A stretch of 31,806 nt of DNA from a bacterium (GCA_043801585.1 JAZDLX010000132.1:1-31806), one strand, 5' to 3'. Counted from the first letter of the stretch, positions 1 through 9,881 are shown. The notes: a model not told the origin generated them from the sequence alone. Translations and numbers: made by a program.

Positions 1-1
1 G

Positions 2-2221
2 TTGAGCCGTGCAACTTGGGTGGTACCGGAGGACGTTTTCACCAATGACGCCTATTTGCGGGTTGTTTCAACGGTCACCTCGGGACTGGTCCAACAGGAT
101 TCAGCGGTCGCACTGACCATTCGTCCACCGTTGCTGCAGAATCGAAGCTTTGAGGAGTGGGATCAGTTCGGTCAGGTCTCCGGTCCGCCGGATGATTGGG
201 TGACTTCGGGAGCAACGTACGGAACCGCGATCACGGTCCGTGCTGTTCTGACACCCGCGAAAGTGGCCGAAGGGGACATGGCCGCGCAGGTGGACTTGGC
301 TTCAGGAGTGTCAGCCACTCTGTTCCAGGAGATCACGGACATCACCGTTGGCACTCAGTACACCTTTTCGTGCAGGATCTTCGACGATGCAGCGGCGGCG
401 TTGGCTTCGTTAAGATTGACGGCTCTCAACGCGTCAAACACATTGATCACGGCGAACGGTTCCGCCTCAAGCGAGGATCATTCATCTTACGTGGATTACA
501 GCGTAACATTGACTGCGCCCACCGGGACCAAGGCGCTTCAACTGGAGATCCTGCTTGAATCCACTTTGTCCGGCACACTCTATCTGGACGATGTACGGCT
601 GGATGGAGTCGAGCCGGATCCGGTGGTGACCATCCTCGGTCCTCCGCAGGACACCGTGTTCACCTACGATGGCGTCACAAAACTGCCGATTCGCTGGACC
701 TGCGGCGAAACCGCATCGGTCGTCAAGACGGCGGAAGTGGATGTCAGTTACGATAACGGTTCAACGTGGGACAGAATCGTTGACCTCACGGACAGCGACA
801 TCACCTATTTCGCCTGGACTGGCGCTGATACGTTTTCGATTGATACCAGAATTCGAGTTACGGCAACTAACTCATCTGGAGCGCGAAATTCGGATTCCAC
901 GGGAAAATTTGTCATTCGACCGAGTCGACGGCAAGTCATCCTCGCCAGCGGATGGCATCTCTTTTCATTGCCGCTGACACCCGCGGATCCCAGTGTGCAG
1001 GCGGTTCTCGGCGACGATTTGGCCGGTGGGGCGTGGGTCTACGAGTGGAGCGGTGGACAGTACCTTCCGGTGGACACGTTGCAGGCTCTGCACGCCTACT
1101 GGCTGGCTCTGGATCAGGCGGCCACGGTCAATATCCAGGGGGAAGCGGCGACATCAACGATCGAACTGGATCTCGATCCCGGTTGGTTCCTGATGCTGAA
1201 CCCTTATCCGTCCGCTTTGCGGATCGATTCCCTCGCGTTCGTGCGAAACGGTATCGAGAAGATCTTTTCGGAAGCCGTTCTCGAGGGCTGGGTGGCCGGT
1301 CAGTTGTACGGCTTCGATCCACTGGTTGGAAATTATTCGTCATTGGGCACAGGATCGACCCTTCCGACATTTCATGCGTGCTGGTTGGGAACACTCATGG
1401 ATTCGACAGCGCTCAGGATACATCCACCGCATGCAACCAGTGATGGTGGATCAACAGCATCTCTTCTTTCCGAACTCACCGGGGACAGTTCATCGTGGTC
1501 CGCGCCAATCGTACTCAGAACCAACCATGGAATCAGCCGGCTGACAGTCCTGGGTGTATCGTCATCCACGACAGAACGTTTTGATCCATGCTTGGATTTT
1601 CCGGCCCCTCCTCGTGATCCAGACGGATTGTCATCGCGTTTGTTGATCGACGTGGAAGGCGAACCCCCGGCAACGGGCCGCTGGCTGTACAGGGATATTC
1701 GGCCGCAGTTATTGCCAGGATCAGTGCGAAGCTGGCAGTTCACCATACAGCCGGGAGAGGAAGAGCAGATGGATATCGATTTCCGTGAACTTCTTGCGGA
1801 ACTTCCAACGAACATCAAGGCGACGGTCATCCTCAACAGTCAGGAAAATCTGCTCTCTGACATCCCGATTGTTCATTGGAGAATTGGAGAGGATCAACCG
1901 GACATGTCCCTGATGTTGGAATCCATTCCTCCCGAAGTGAAGGCGCCGGAGCTGCCGACCCGCTTCACAATCACCGCCATCTGGCCGAATCCGTTCAACC
2001 GAACGGTGATGGTTGAATTGGCCATGCCCGTTTCAACCACACTCGTTCTTGAGGTTTTCGACGTGCTCGGTCGATTGGTCGAGCGCCGAAACCTGGAGAG
2101 GAGGGATGCGGGGGTTGCGAAGATTTTATGGGAGCCGGATGTTGCTTCCGGGATGTATCTGTTTCGGGTGCGGACAGCAACGGGCGAAACAGCCGTCCGG
2201 CGTGTGGTTCTGCTTCGTTAA
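2..2221 (+). CDS. Large secreted multidomain protein with C-terminal T9SS type A sorting domain (5'-truncated by the window edge)
   Basis: Frame is open from the window edge. C-terminus has IWPNPFN...LEVFDVLGRLV...ASGMYLFRV...RRVVLLR, typical of the Por/T9SS sorting domain. Also a CBM4/9-like jelly roll (LLQNRSFEEW...LYLDDVRL), an Ig-like segment (IRW...VDVSYDNGSTW) and two GW(H/F)LxxxP beta modules. Confidence 0.8.
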   Translation: MSRATWVVPEDVFTNDAYLRVVSTVTSGLVQQDSAVALTIRPPLLQNRSFEEWDQFGQVSGPPDDWVTSGATYGTAITVRAVLTPAKVAEGDMAAQVDLASGVSATLFQEITDITVGTQYTFSCRIFDDAAAALASLRLTALNASNTLITANGSASSEDHSSYVDYSVTLTAPTGTKALQLEILLESTLSGTLYLDDVRLDGVEPDPVVTILGPPQDTVFTYDGVTKLPIRWTCGETASVVKTAEVDVSYDNGSTWDRIVDLTDSDITYFAWTGADTFSIDTRIRVTATNSSGARNSDSTGKFVIRPSRRQVILASGWHLFSLPLTPADPSVQAVLGDDLAGGAWVYEWSGGQYLPVDTLQALHAYWLALDQAATVNIQGEAATSTIELDLDPGWFLMLNPYPSALRIDSLAFVRNGIEKIFSEAVLEGWVAGQLYGFDPLVGNYSSLGTGSTLPTFHACWLGTLMDSTALRIHPPHATSDGGSTASLLSELTGDSSSWSAPIVLRTNHGISRLTVLGVSSSTTERFDPCLDFPAPPRDPDGLSSRLLIDVEGEPPATGRWLYRDIRPQLLPGSVRSWQFTIQPGEEEQMDIDFRELLAELPTNIKATVILNSQENLLSDIPIVHWRIGEDQPDMSLMLESIPPEVKAPELPTRFTITAIWPNPFNRTVMVELAMPVSTTLVLEVFDVLGRLVERRNLERRDAGVAKILWEPDVASGMYLFRVRTATGETAVRRVVLLR

Positions 2222-2234
2222 CTTGGGTGGATAG

Positions 2235-2267
2235 AAAAAGCGCGACTTCCAAGGGAAGCCGCGCTTT
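2235..2267 (-). terminator. Rho-independent terminator between the convergent T9SS-cargo and SLBB genes
   Basis: Minus strand reads AAAGCGCGGCTTCC-CTT-GGAAGTCGCGCTTTTT: GC-rich stem with one G-U pair, followed by a U tract, just after the double TAG stop of the SLBB gene. May also act on the + strand. Confidence 0.75.
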
Positions 2268-2288
2268 GCGATTAGATCCGGATCTCTA

Positions 2289-5123
2289 CTACAACCGTGT
2301 TGCCAAAACAATGATTGTAAGCGCTGCTGAAGCGATTGCCATCGTATCCTTGATGATTCCGGAATAGTCGATGGGCTCTTTACTCTCCACCTTCTTGGGG
2401 ACAACTCTCAGCACACCGCCATCTTCGACCTTCGGGTTATGCAACCAGGCGATCTCAAGGGTGCGCCCGGAAGGTTGTGTGACGTATAATTTATCACCAT
2501 TGCGGGTTTTTCCTCCCGCTTCTCTGAGGTAATCTTTTGCCCGTTTTCCCTCGATGAATTTATAGATACCCGGGTTGATCACCTCTCCGATGACAGTGAC
2601 CGCGTTCGGTCTCTCGGGGATGATAATCAGGTCGTTTGGATGCAGCACGACATCCTCCTGCGTGTTCTTTTTCAGCAGAAGTTCATTGAAATCGAGGAAG
2701 AGACGCTGATTTCCGCGTACGAGTTTGCCGCCAGCCGCGTGCGCTGTCGGACGCAGCCCGCCCGCACGATCGATCAGATCCCTAAGGGTTTCGTTCTCAT
2801 GGTGAAGAGTATAATTCCCGGGGAACATCACTTCGCCACGGATTTCAACGTTTCCCGGCAACTTGTAACCGGGATTTTTCCTGATCCGAACCTGGTCATA
2901 GGGCTGGAGCTGGAATTCGGATGCCGGTGTTTTGTTGCGTGCCAGATCAGAAATGTAGGATTCCGGATTTTCGTCTCCGCTTCTCCAGGTGACCATCGGC
3001 ACGTTGATGATTTGGGCGAGTGTTCCATCGGGCATACCGGTGAGGTCGACCCGGCTGATTTCAGCCTGCAGAACCCAGGCGTCCTCGGTGAATCCCCCGC
3101 CGAGTACAATCAGGTCCGCGAGTGTCATGTTATCGGCAAGTTCATAGTCACCGGGATTCCGAATCGCCCCGGAAAGAGAGACTTCGCGTTTGAACATCTT
3201 CGTTATCGTCTTCTCATAGAGGACGACGATGTCGTTGTCCTGAAGAGTAATATTGCTCCCAGGCTGATGATTCCAGAGGTCGAGAACGCTGAATGTGATC
3301 CTCGTCCGGGTCAATCCATCATCCATCAACCGGAAGATGTCTCCACGATCGAGGAACGTCTGTTCCCATCTCAAACTGTCCTGCAGTCCGGAATGCTCAA
3401 AAATCAGGTCATATACGGTCAAGCTGTCAGGGAGATGATATTCTCCCGGTTCACGTACAAATCCCCGCAGGTTGACTTTCGGCTGAACTTCCCATTCCTG
3501 TCTGCCGAACACATGAAGACTGTCTCGAGGTTCCAATGTGAGATTGTAAATCGGATTTCCAATCAGAGCTTCGCTCAGATCGAGGACAAGCATCATCCGG
3601 GTGAGATCCTTGCGGGTGCGCACCAGGTCCGCTTTGTACGGGTATGCGTCATCCGTCAACCCTTCCGCCGCCTCAACGAGGTCTTTGACGGTCTTGATAT
3701 TGGTTAGCTGGTAGCGGCCGGGATGTGTGATGCCGCCGCCGACGACGTGGACATAATTCATCATTTCATCCGTCAGGCGGAACACGGTCACAAGGTCGCC
3801 ATCCTCAAGCGGTACCTTCTTCTTGCCGTTGAGGACATCCACAAGATTGAAATCCAGGACTTCGCGATCGGGCATGTTCGGCTGACGCTTCTCAATGGGT
3901 ATGATTCGGTCAATTTGCATGCGGAATGGGTAGGCAATGGCATTCACACCACCCGCGATCTCAATAAGATCTTTCAGATTCTCACCGCTCAGGGTTTCGT
4001 AGACAGCGGGCCGTCTGACTTCCCCGAGGATTGCAACGGTGTTTCCACGAGGGGGCACAAAGAGGATGTCTCCGTTTCGCAACCGTTGATCTGTCGTCGG
4101 TCGTCCCCGTGCCAGGTAGTCGTAGAGGTCGACCTTTGCGACAATCTTCCCTTCGCGGATGATCCTCAGCTCGCGCAGGCTGCCGCTCGTTTTCGGGCCT
4201 TTCGATGTGTACATCAGATTGAAAGCCGTGGCGAATCCAGAGAGCGAATAATTTCCCGGTTGCAACGCGTCGCCCATCAGGTAAACCTCGGTGCCTTTGA
4301 CGAAGGCAAGATTGACATCGATGAACGATGTCGGGGGAGATGTTTTCAATCCCGAATACTGACGGGACAGGAACGTGCGTAGCTGTGACCGAAGTCCTTC
4401 CAATGAGGCGCCAGAAGCGAAGAACTGACCAACATTTGGGATATAGATATTACCATTGTTGTCGACGGGCAGTTCATACTGAAATTGCACTTCGCCCCAA
4501 ACATAAAGCCGAATGATGTCTCCGGCGCCGATCACGTAACCGGGATCTGCAGGACCGGTCTTCATTGCGGCAAAATCACCCTTGCCCGCGCGAAAGATGG
4601 AATACCCGAAGTATTGCATCGTCTTAAAACGGCCAAAAGGTATCAGAAGTGGATCATGGACATCGGTCGTATCCCTGATTTCTTTTGGCGCTGCTTTTGT
4701 CTCGAGGGAAGTTTGGGGTTGGAGTGATTGACCGTACTGAACATCCCCGGGCATTGTAATCACTGTTCCCATGGTGTCGAGCATTGTCGGTATTGTAATC
4801 TGCGGCGCCGTGATTCCTGCTCCACCCGCGGACATCTGCTGCTGATAAGCCTTGAGGTACTTCCTGATCTGACTCTCCGGAATACCAAGAGAGCGTGCCC
4901 GATCGATTGCCGCCTCAGGATCGCTCAGGTCGATGCCAAGCGTCTGAAGATCATCGAGAGAGTACCCGGATTCAGAGATCAACGTCTGGATATTCGAGGA
5001 TGGGGAAGCCACGGATTGGGCCGTGGTCTGGGCGTGGCTTGAAAACGCCACAGAGAGCACTAGTAGGCTTGCCAGAGCTACGAATGTCCGCTTCTTGAAC
5101 GTTTGGGTCACACCAACCCCCAC
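2289..5123 (-). CDS. Polysaccharide export protein with Poly_export domain and multiple SLBB repeats (Wza/KpsD-like)
   Basis: Signal peptide (FVALASLLVLSVAFSSHA). Poly_export signature YVIGAGDIIRLYVWG...VDNNGNIYIPNVG. Repeated V.I.GEV..PG.Y and L.DLI..AGG SLBB units. C-terminal hydrophobic helix. Start may be GTG 5123 or 5111. Confidence 0.88.
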   Translation of the reverse strand: MGVGVTQTFKKRTFVALASLLVLSVAFSSHAQTTAQSVASPSSNIQTLISESGYSLDDLQTLGIDLSDPEAAIDRARSLGIPESQIRKYLKAYQQQMSAGGAGITAPQITIPTMLDTMGTVITMPGDVQYGQSLQPQTSLETKAAPKEIRDTTDVHDPLLIPFGRFKTMQYFGYSIFRAGKGDFAAMKTGPADPGYVIGAGDIIRLYVWGEVQFQYELPVDNNGNIYIPNVGQFFASGASLEGLRSQLRTFLSRQYSGLKTSPPTSFIDVNLAFVKGTEVYLMGDALQPGNYSLSGFATAFNLMYTSKGPKTSGSLRELRIIREGKIVAKVDLYDYLARGRPTTDQRLRNGDILFVPPRGNTVAILGEVRRPAVYETLSGENLKDLIEIAGGVNAIAYPFRMQIDRIIPIEKRQPNMPDREVLDFNLVDVLNGKKKVPLEDGDLVTVFRLTDEMMNYVHVVGGGITHPGRYQLTNIKTVKDLVEAAEGLTDDAYPYKADLVRTRKDLTRMMLVLDLSEALIGNPIYNLTLEPRDSLHVFGRQEWEVQPKVNLRGFVREPGEYHLPDSLTVYDLIFEHSGLQDSLRWEQTFLDRGDIFRLMDDGLTRTRITFSVLDLWNHQPGSNITLQDNDIVVLYEKTITKMFKREVSLSGAIRNPGDYELADNMTLADLIVLGGGFTEDAWVLQAEISRVDLTGMPDGTLAQIINVPMVTWRSGDENPESYISDLARNKTPASEFQLQPYDQVRIRKNPGYKLPGNVEIRGEVMFPGNYTLHHENETLRDLIDRAGGLRPTAHAAGGKLVRGNQRLFLDFNELLLKKNTQEDVVLHPNDLIIIPERPNAVTVIGEVINPGIYKFIEGKRAKDYLREAGGKTRNGDKLYVTQPSGRTLEIAWLHNPKVEDGGVLRVVPKKVESKEPIDYSGIIKDTMAIASAALTIIVLATRL

Positions 5124-5340
5124 TTTCTAATCCCTATCCAAACCCATCAGAAGGTTGAATTCTATCGAAATGTCTTCTAAACCATGAAGATGCATAGATA
5201 ATTACTGTTTTCGCAACGAAATGATGTACTCTTTCTCCGCCCGTTGATTTCGGACAAGTACATATCCAACTCCCGGAATTCGTGGTAAGTTCCATTCGTG
5301 GGGGTATATTTCCGCTTCGAAAGAGGACTCAGGAGTTTTA

Positions 5341-6633
5341 ATGAACGCGAATTCGACAGCCACGATGGACCTGCACAATCCGTTCGAAGGACGAACGGCG
5401 ATTCCATTCCAAGCCTTTCGTTTGGCAATCCTTTGGTCAGTCGTTTATGCAGCGAGTATGTTTACCGGAGTATTTCTTGCGCAAATAACTGCGATTCTTG
5501 GATTTATAATTGCTTCAATCGCCTTGGCAAAGGGGTGGTCGGGACGTCCCCTTTTCCATCCCGCGATCTATCCACTGGGTTTCACTATTGTCGTTTTCCT
5601 GTTGTCCGCCATTCTCAATAGTGGGTGGATCGCATCCCTTATGTTCCTGCTGCGGCACTATGGGATTCCCCTGCTTGGATTTCTCGGGGCAGTCCTCCTG
5701 ATGCGGTCCGTGAAAATGCGTGCGAAAGCAACCTCTACGATAGCTATTGCCGGTGCCCTCAGCGGAGTATATGGGATTTTCCAGCATTTTACCGGACTTG
5801 ACCCTCTTTATGGGCAGCATCTCTCTCCACTTTCCATGTACAATCTCCCCACGTTTCTTCCCGTCGGCCTTCTGGATATGGCATTGACCTACGCCGGAGT
5901 CCAACTCTCTGCACTGCTGCTGATCCTGCCGGTGGCCTGGTCGGCACGGGGCAAACGTGCGCGCTGGTTGTGGATCTCTGTTGCCGTGATGTTTCTGTCG
6001 ATCTTTTTCACCTTTCGACGAGGTCCGCTTCTGGTCAGTGCCGGATTGATCGGACTGTTTATGATCACAAGGAATCGAAAGGTTGCGATCAACACGATAA
6101 TTGCCGGGATTGTCCTGGTGGCCGGTGTCTGGTTCGCTTCACCTGCGCTGCGACAGGCTGTGGGAATGCTGGTCGAGATGAAAGGTGTCAGTGCCGGTCA
6201 ACGTGTAATCCTTTGGGATGCAGCGTTCAAAATGGGATCGGACCACCCTGTACTCGGCGTCGGACCCGGGCGCTGGAGGGTTCGCCTGAGTGATTACATC
6301 GAGGACACCACCTCGACTGGGGGGCGGTCCTTCGCCCATGCCCATTCCGACCCGATGCAACTTTTCGCTACGACCGGAGCGGCGGGGGTGATCGCTGTCG
6401 CCTCGTTGCAGGTGATGCTGCTGATTGTCGCATACAGGGATTTCCGCAAACACAGGACGGGTGGATTCGACCGTGATCTGTATCTCGGTGGAATACTCTC
6501 AAACGTGGGGTTTGTCCTGGCATCCTTCGGACAGTGTTACATGATGGATGCGGAGAACATGCTCATCTACGCCGCAGTACTCGCGATGATGCTCGGGGCT
6601 CGTGAAAGGTTGTTGTCAAAGCCCAATGGCTGA
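5341..6633 (+). CDS. O-antigen ligase / Wzy_C family membrane protein
   Basis: Many TM segments, TFRRG motif, QRVILW...HPVLGVGPG, and HAHSDPMQLFATTG (the HAHN-type motif). AGGAG RBS upstream. Confidence 0.85.
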   Translation: MNANSTATMDLHNPFEGRTAIPFQAFRLAILWSVVYAASMFTGVFLAQITAILGFIIASIALAKGWSGRPLFHPAIYPLGFTIVVFLLSAILNSGWIASLMFLLRHYGIPLLGFLGAVLLMRSVKMRAKATSTIAIAGALSGVYGIFQHFTGLDPLYGQHLSPLSMYNLPTFLPVGLLDMALTYAGVQLSALLLILPVAWSARGKRARWLWISVAVMFLSIFFTFRRGPLLVSAGLIGLFMITRNRKVAINTIIAGIVLVAGVWFASPALRQAVGMLVEMKGVSAGQRVILWDAAFKMGSDHPVLGVGPGRWRVRLSDYIEDTTSTGGRSFAHAHSDPMQLFATTGAAGVIAVASLQVMLLIVAYRDFRKHRTGGFDRDLYLGGILSNVGFVLASFGQCYMMDAENMLIYAAVLAMMLGARERLLSKPNG

Positions 6634-6751
6634 ATCGGGTCGGTGAGGCTTCTGTCCCCACGTTCCCGTTTGCACGTTTGCCGGGAAAAGTCCGAATCCC
6701 GATCTATCCCTATATTATAAACTTGAACGTTACAATTGGAAAGGATGTGTG

Positions 6752-9049
6752 ATGGCGCGCTCAACCAACCTTGGTTTTCCTCGCTTCGGTATCAGACGGG
6801 AATGGAAGAAGGCCAGTGAAGGATTCTGGTCCGGCAAACTGGGATCGCGTGAGTTGCACGCAACGGCCGACGAACTGATGCAGCGGCATTGGCAATTGCA
6901 GATTGACGCCGGCATTGACGTTATCCCGGTGGGCGATTTCGCCTGGTATGACCATGTGCTCGACACCATCGCCCTCGTCGGGGCCGTTCCGAAACGCTAT
7001 CGGCACGATTCTTCGTCCATGGTGGATATGGACACCTATTTCGCGATGGCGCGTGGCCGCCAGGATGGCGAGGTGGACGTCACCGCGATGGAAATGACCA
7101 AATGGTTCGACACCAACTACCATTATATCGTCCCCGAATTCGAGAAAGGGATGCAATTTCATCTGGCCAGCGAACGACCTTTTGAAACGATTGAGAAAGC
7201 AAGGAACGCGGGAGTACATGCTCCGCGTCCGGTTCTCGTCGGGCCGGTGTCTTTCCTGCTGCTCGGAAAGGTGACGGAGCAGGGGATTGAAGTCGAGGAT
7301 TTCGTCAAATCCCTTGCCGAGGTATACAGTGAGGTTCTCGGCCGTTTTGCCGACCTGGGAATCGATTGGGTGCAGATGGATGAGCCGGTACTGGCACTCG
7401 ATCTGGACGACAAGGGAAAGGCGATCTTCGAGGCTGTCTTCGCGATCCTGAAGAACCTGGAAAAACGGCCCAAGATTTTGATTAACACTTACTTCGGACC
7501 CATAGAACACAACCTCTCCCTGGCTCTCGGTCTTGGTGAAGGGTTGCATGTCGATCTCGTTCGGGCGCCGGATCAGCTTGAGGCTGTTCTCGATTTGATC
7601 GGCGAGGATCAGGTGCTCTCGGTGGGAGTCGTCGATGGACGAAATGTCTGGCGGACGGATCTCGACAAGGCCCTGGTTCTCGTCCGCAAGGCGGTGGCCG
7701 CGCTTGGTTCGGAAAGGGTTGAGATTTCGCCATCCTGTTCGCTGCTTCACAGCCCGATCGATCTCACCGAAGAGACAAAGCTTGATCCGCGAATCCGCGA
7801 ATGGCTGGCGTTTGGTGTTCAGAAATTGAATGAGATTGTAGCTCTCGCCCACGCCGTGAATGATGGAGAGGAGACGGTCAGCGATTTCTTTGCCTCATCA
7901 CGTGAATCGATCCAGCGAAGGCGCACCAGCCCACTTGTAACCAACGCCGACGTGCAGAAACGGTTGCATTCCATCGGCGAGAAGATGACTCATCGCCAAA
8001 GCCCCTACGAGGTTCGGATTGAGGCCCAGCGCAACAAACTGCATCTTCCCACTTTTCCAACGACGACGATTGGCAGTTTCCCGCAGACCAGGGAAGTGCG
8101 GCAGCTTCGGGCTCGTCTGAAGAAAGGGGAACTCTCCCAGCAGCAATACGAAAAGGAACTCGAGAAGGAAATCCTTGAAACGTTGAAACTGCAGGAAGAT
8201 ATGGACGTGGATGTTCTCGTCCACGGTGAATACGAGCGGAACGACATGGTCGAATATTTCGGTGAGCAGCTCGAAGGCTACGTGTTCACACAGAACGGAT
8301 GGGTTCAGTCCTACGGCAGCCGTGGGGTTAAACCGCCGATCATCTTTGGAGACATTTTCCGTAAAGGGCCGATGACGGTTCGTTGGTCAAAATTTGCGAA
8401 GGAGCACACCAAACGGCCGTTGAAGGGGATGCTGACCGGCCCCGTCACCATGCTGCAATGGTCTTTCGTGCGTGACGATCAGCCCCGCCCTGTCACCTGC
8501 GAGCAGATCGCCCTCGCTATCCGTGACGAGGTCGTCGATCTGGAGAAAGCGGGGATCGACATGATCCAGATCGACGAGCCTGCGATCCGGGAGGGACTTC
8601 CCCTTCGCCGGGTTGAATGGCCCATTTACCTCGATTGGGCGGTACGCTGTTTTCGTCTTACATCCAGCGGTGTCTCCGACGAGACCCAGATCCACACTCA
8701 TATGTGCTACAGCGAATTCAATAACATGATGGATTCGATTGCGGCGATGGATGCGGATGTAATCAGTATCGAGGCGAGTCGTTCGAAGATGGAGCTTCTC
8801 GACAGTTTCGAGGATTTCGTTTACCCCAACGATATCGGTCCCGGTGTCTGGGATATACACAGCCCCAGGGTCCCCTCGAAGGAGGAGATGGTGAACCTGC
8901 TGCGAGTGGCGATGAAACATGTTCCGAGGGAACGTCTCTGGGTCAATCCGGATTGCGGGTTGAAAACACGGCGCTGGGAGGAGACGAAAGCGAGCCTCCA
9001 GAATATGGTCGCTGCCGCGAAGGAGCTTCGCAAAGAGCTCGTGGATTAA
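6752..9049 (+). CDS. metE: Cobalamin-independent methionine synthase
   Basis: LGFPRFG, YDHVLD, EMTKWFDTNYHY, PTTTIGSFPQT, HGEYERNDMVEYF, GWVQSYGSR. Zn ligands intact in HTHMCYSEF and NPDCGLKTR. ATG 6752 follows AAGGA. Confidence 0.98.
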   Translation: MARSTNLGFPRFGIRREWKKASEGFWSGKLGSRELHATADELMQRHWQLQIDAGIDVIPVGDFAWYDHVLDTIALVGAVPKRYRHDSSSMVDMDTYFAMARGRQDGEVDVTAMEMTKWFDTNYHYIVPEFEKGMQFHLASERPFETIEKARNAGVHAPRPVLVGPVSFLLLGKVTEQGIEVEDFVKSLAEVYSEVLGRFADLGIDWVQMDEPVLALDLDDKGKAIFEAVFAILKNLEKRPKILINTYFGPIEHNLSLALGLGEGLHVDLVRAPDQLEAVLDLIGEDQVLSVGVVDGRNVWRTDLDKALVLVRKAVAALGSERVEISPSCSLLHSPIDLTEETKLDPRIREWLAFGVQKLNEIVALAHAVNDGEETVSDFFASSRESIQRRRTSPLVTNADVQKRLHSIGEKMTHRQSPYEVRIEAQRNKLHLPTFPTTTIGSFPQTREVRQLRARLKKGELSQQQYEKELEKEILETLKLQEDMDVDVLVHGEYERNDMVEYFGEQLEGYVFTQNGWVQSYGSRGVKPPIIFGDIFRKGPMTVRWSKFAKEHTKRPLKGMLTGPVTMLQWSFVRDDQPRPVTCEQIALAIRDEVVDLEKAGIDMIQIDEPAIREGLPLRRVEWPIYLDWAVRCFRLTSSGVSDETQIHTHMCYSEFNNMMDSIAAMDADVISIEASRSKMELLDSFEDFVYPNDIGPGVWDIHSPRVPSKEEMVNLLRVAMKHVPRERLWVNPDCGLKTRRWEETKASLQNMVAAAKELRKELVD

Positions 9050-9070
9050 ACCTTCATCGACGGTGCATTT

Positions 9071-9099
9071 CACAGGCTGCGGTACTCCCGCAGCCTGTG
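9071..9099 (+). terminator. Strong hairpin downstream of metE (possible terminator, weak U tract)
   Basis: Perfect 12-bp stem CACAGGCTGCGG / CCGCAGCCTGTG with a TACTC loop. No clear poly-U follows on either strand. Confidence 0.5.
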
Positions 9100-9260
9100 T
9101 GATGATAGGCCGGGAACGGTGTGCTTTCGGGTCGCGGTGGCCCTGGGCGATCCTACTGTGGTGAAGCATCGCTTGTGTACGTTGGGAATGTCCCAAATAC
9201 ACCTTGAGATGCTGAACCCATCTACACCGTGTGAGAGCCGCCTTGCAACATCCACACATC
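9096..9260 (+). ncRNA. Candidate structured RNA (leader of the mobA-like operon or a standalone ncRNA); family unassigned
   Basis: Nested helices: ACGGTGT 9116-22/ACACCGT 9224-30; GGGT 9129-32/ACCC 9216-19; CGCGGTGG 9133-40/CTACTGTG 9153-60 (3 G-U pairs, favouring the + strand); AGCATC 9165-70/GATGCT 9208-13; GTGTA/TACAC; TTGGGA/TCCCAA. Confidence 0.35.
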
Positions 9261-9278
9261 AGAGATAGCTTTTCCGCC

Positions 9279-9881
9279 ATGACGAATGTCACACCCTATC
9301 TGATCGCCGGCGGCTATAGCCGCCGTATGGGCGAGGATAAACGGTGGTTGTCGCTCACGGGTGAGCCGCTGTTGATGCGCTCTTTGCGTTTACTTCGAGA
9401 AACGACCGGAGTCGATGCAACGGTTGTTGCGGACGACTTGGATCACCGTCTCCCGGAAGAAATCCGCGTGATTCACGACGCCTCGCCCGGGAAGGGTCCC
9501 CTCGGCGGAATCGTGGCTGCCCTGGAGGATGCGCAAACGAGATGGATAATGGTATTGAGTGTGGACCTGCCGTTGCTTGCTGAGAAAGATCTGCTCGCTC
9601 TCCTTATGTTGACGGAAGAAGAGAATCTACCGCCGGTGGTCACACTATCGGTGGGAGCAGAGATCGAACCACTCGCCGCGCTGTACGAAGTAGGAAGCAG
9701 GGAGTTCTGGAAAGATCGCCTGCAGCGAAATCTGCTGGCGCTTCACAAGGGCATCCGTGAACTTGGCTGGAAGGCGGTTGAGCCCCCATCTGGAGTCGAT
9801 TCACTGCTCAACGTGAATCATCCTGATGAGTGGCTGAAGGTCACTGGGCTGCGTGGGAGGAGAGATGACGGGCAACGTTGA
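9279..9881 (+). CDS. mobA: Molybdenum cofactor guanylyltransferase (MobA-like, NTP_transf_3)
   Basis: IAGGYSRRMGEDK, GPLGGI, SVDLP, EPLAALY and NVNHPDE motifs of MobA. ATG 9279 chosen because the motif begins 7 codons later. Confidence 0.85.
   Translation: MTNVTPYLIAGGYSRRMGEDKRWLSLTGEPLLMRSLRLLRETTGVDATVVADDLDHRLPEEIRVIHDASPGKGPLGGIVAALEDAQTRWIMVLSVDLPLLAEKDLLALLMLTEEENLPPVVTLSVGAEIEPLAALYEVGSREFWKDRLQRNLLALHKGIRELGWKAVEPPSGVDSLLNVNHPDEWLKVTGLRGRRDDGQR

Noticed and set aside
2640..4382. Long + strand ORFs (355 and 219 aa) opposite the SLBB gene, and similar antisense ORFs over metE, nadE, tkt, the HAD gene and the TonB receptor
   Set aside because: Shadow ORFs from codon bias in GC-rich genes. 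No recognisable motifs, and they fully overlap well-supported genes.
6634..6751. Cobalamin or SAM riboswitch upstream of metE; a hairpin is present (ATCGGG 6634-39/CCCGAT 6698-703, TTCCCG/CGGGAA)
   Set aside because: Only 118 nt and lacks B12-box or SAM-I/II core motifs. The hairpin may just end the upstream transcript.
9100..9260. Assigning the structured region to a canonical cobalamin riboswitch, Moco riboswitch, 6S or 5S RNA
   Set aside because: Only short word matches. No AGYCAGRAGACC B12 box or T-loop P4, no Moco-type GGAAAGG 3' end, and no clear two-sided 6S bubble. Left unassigned.
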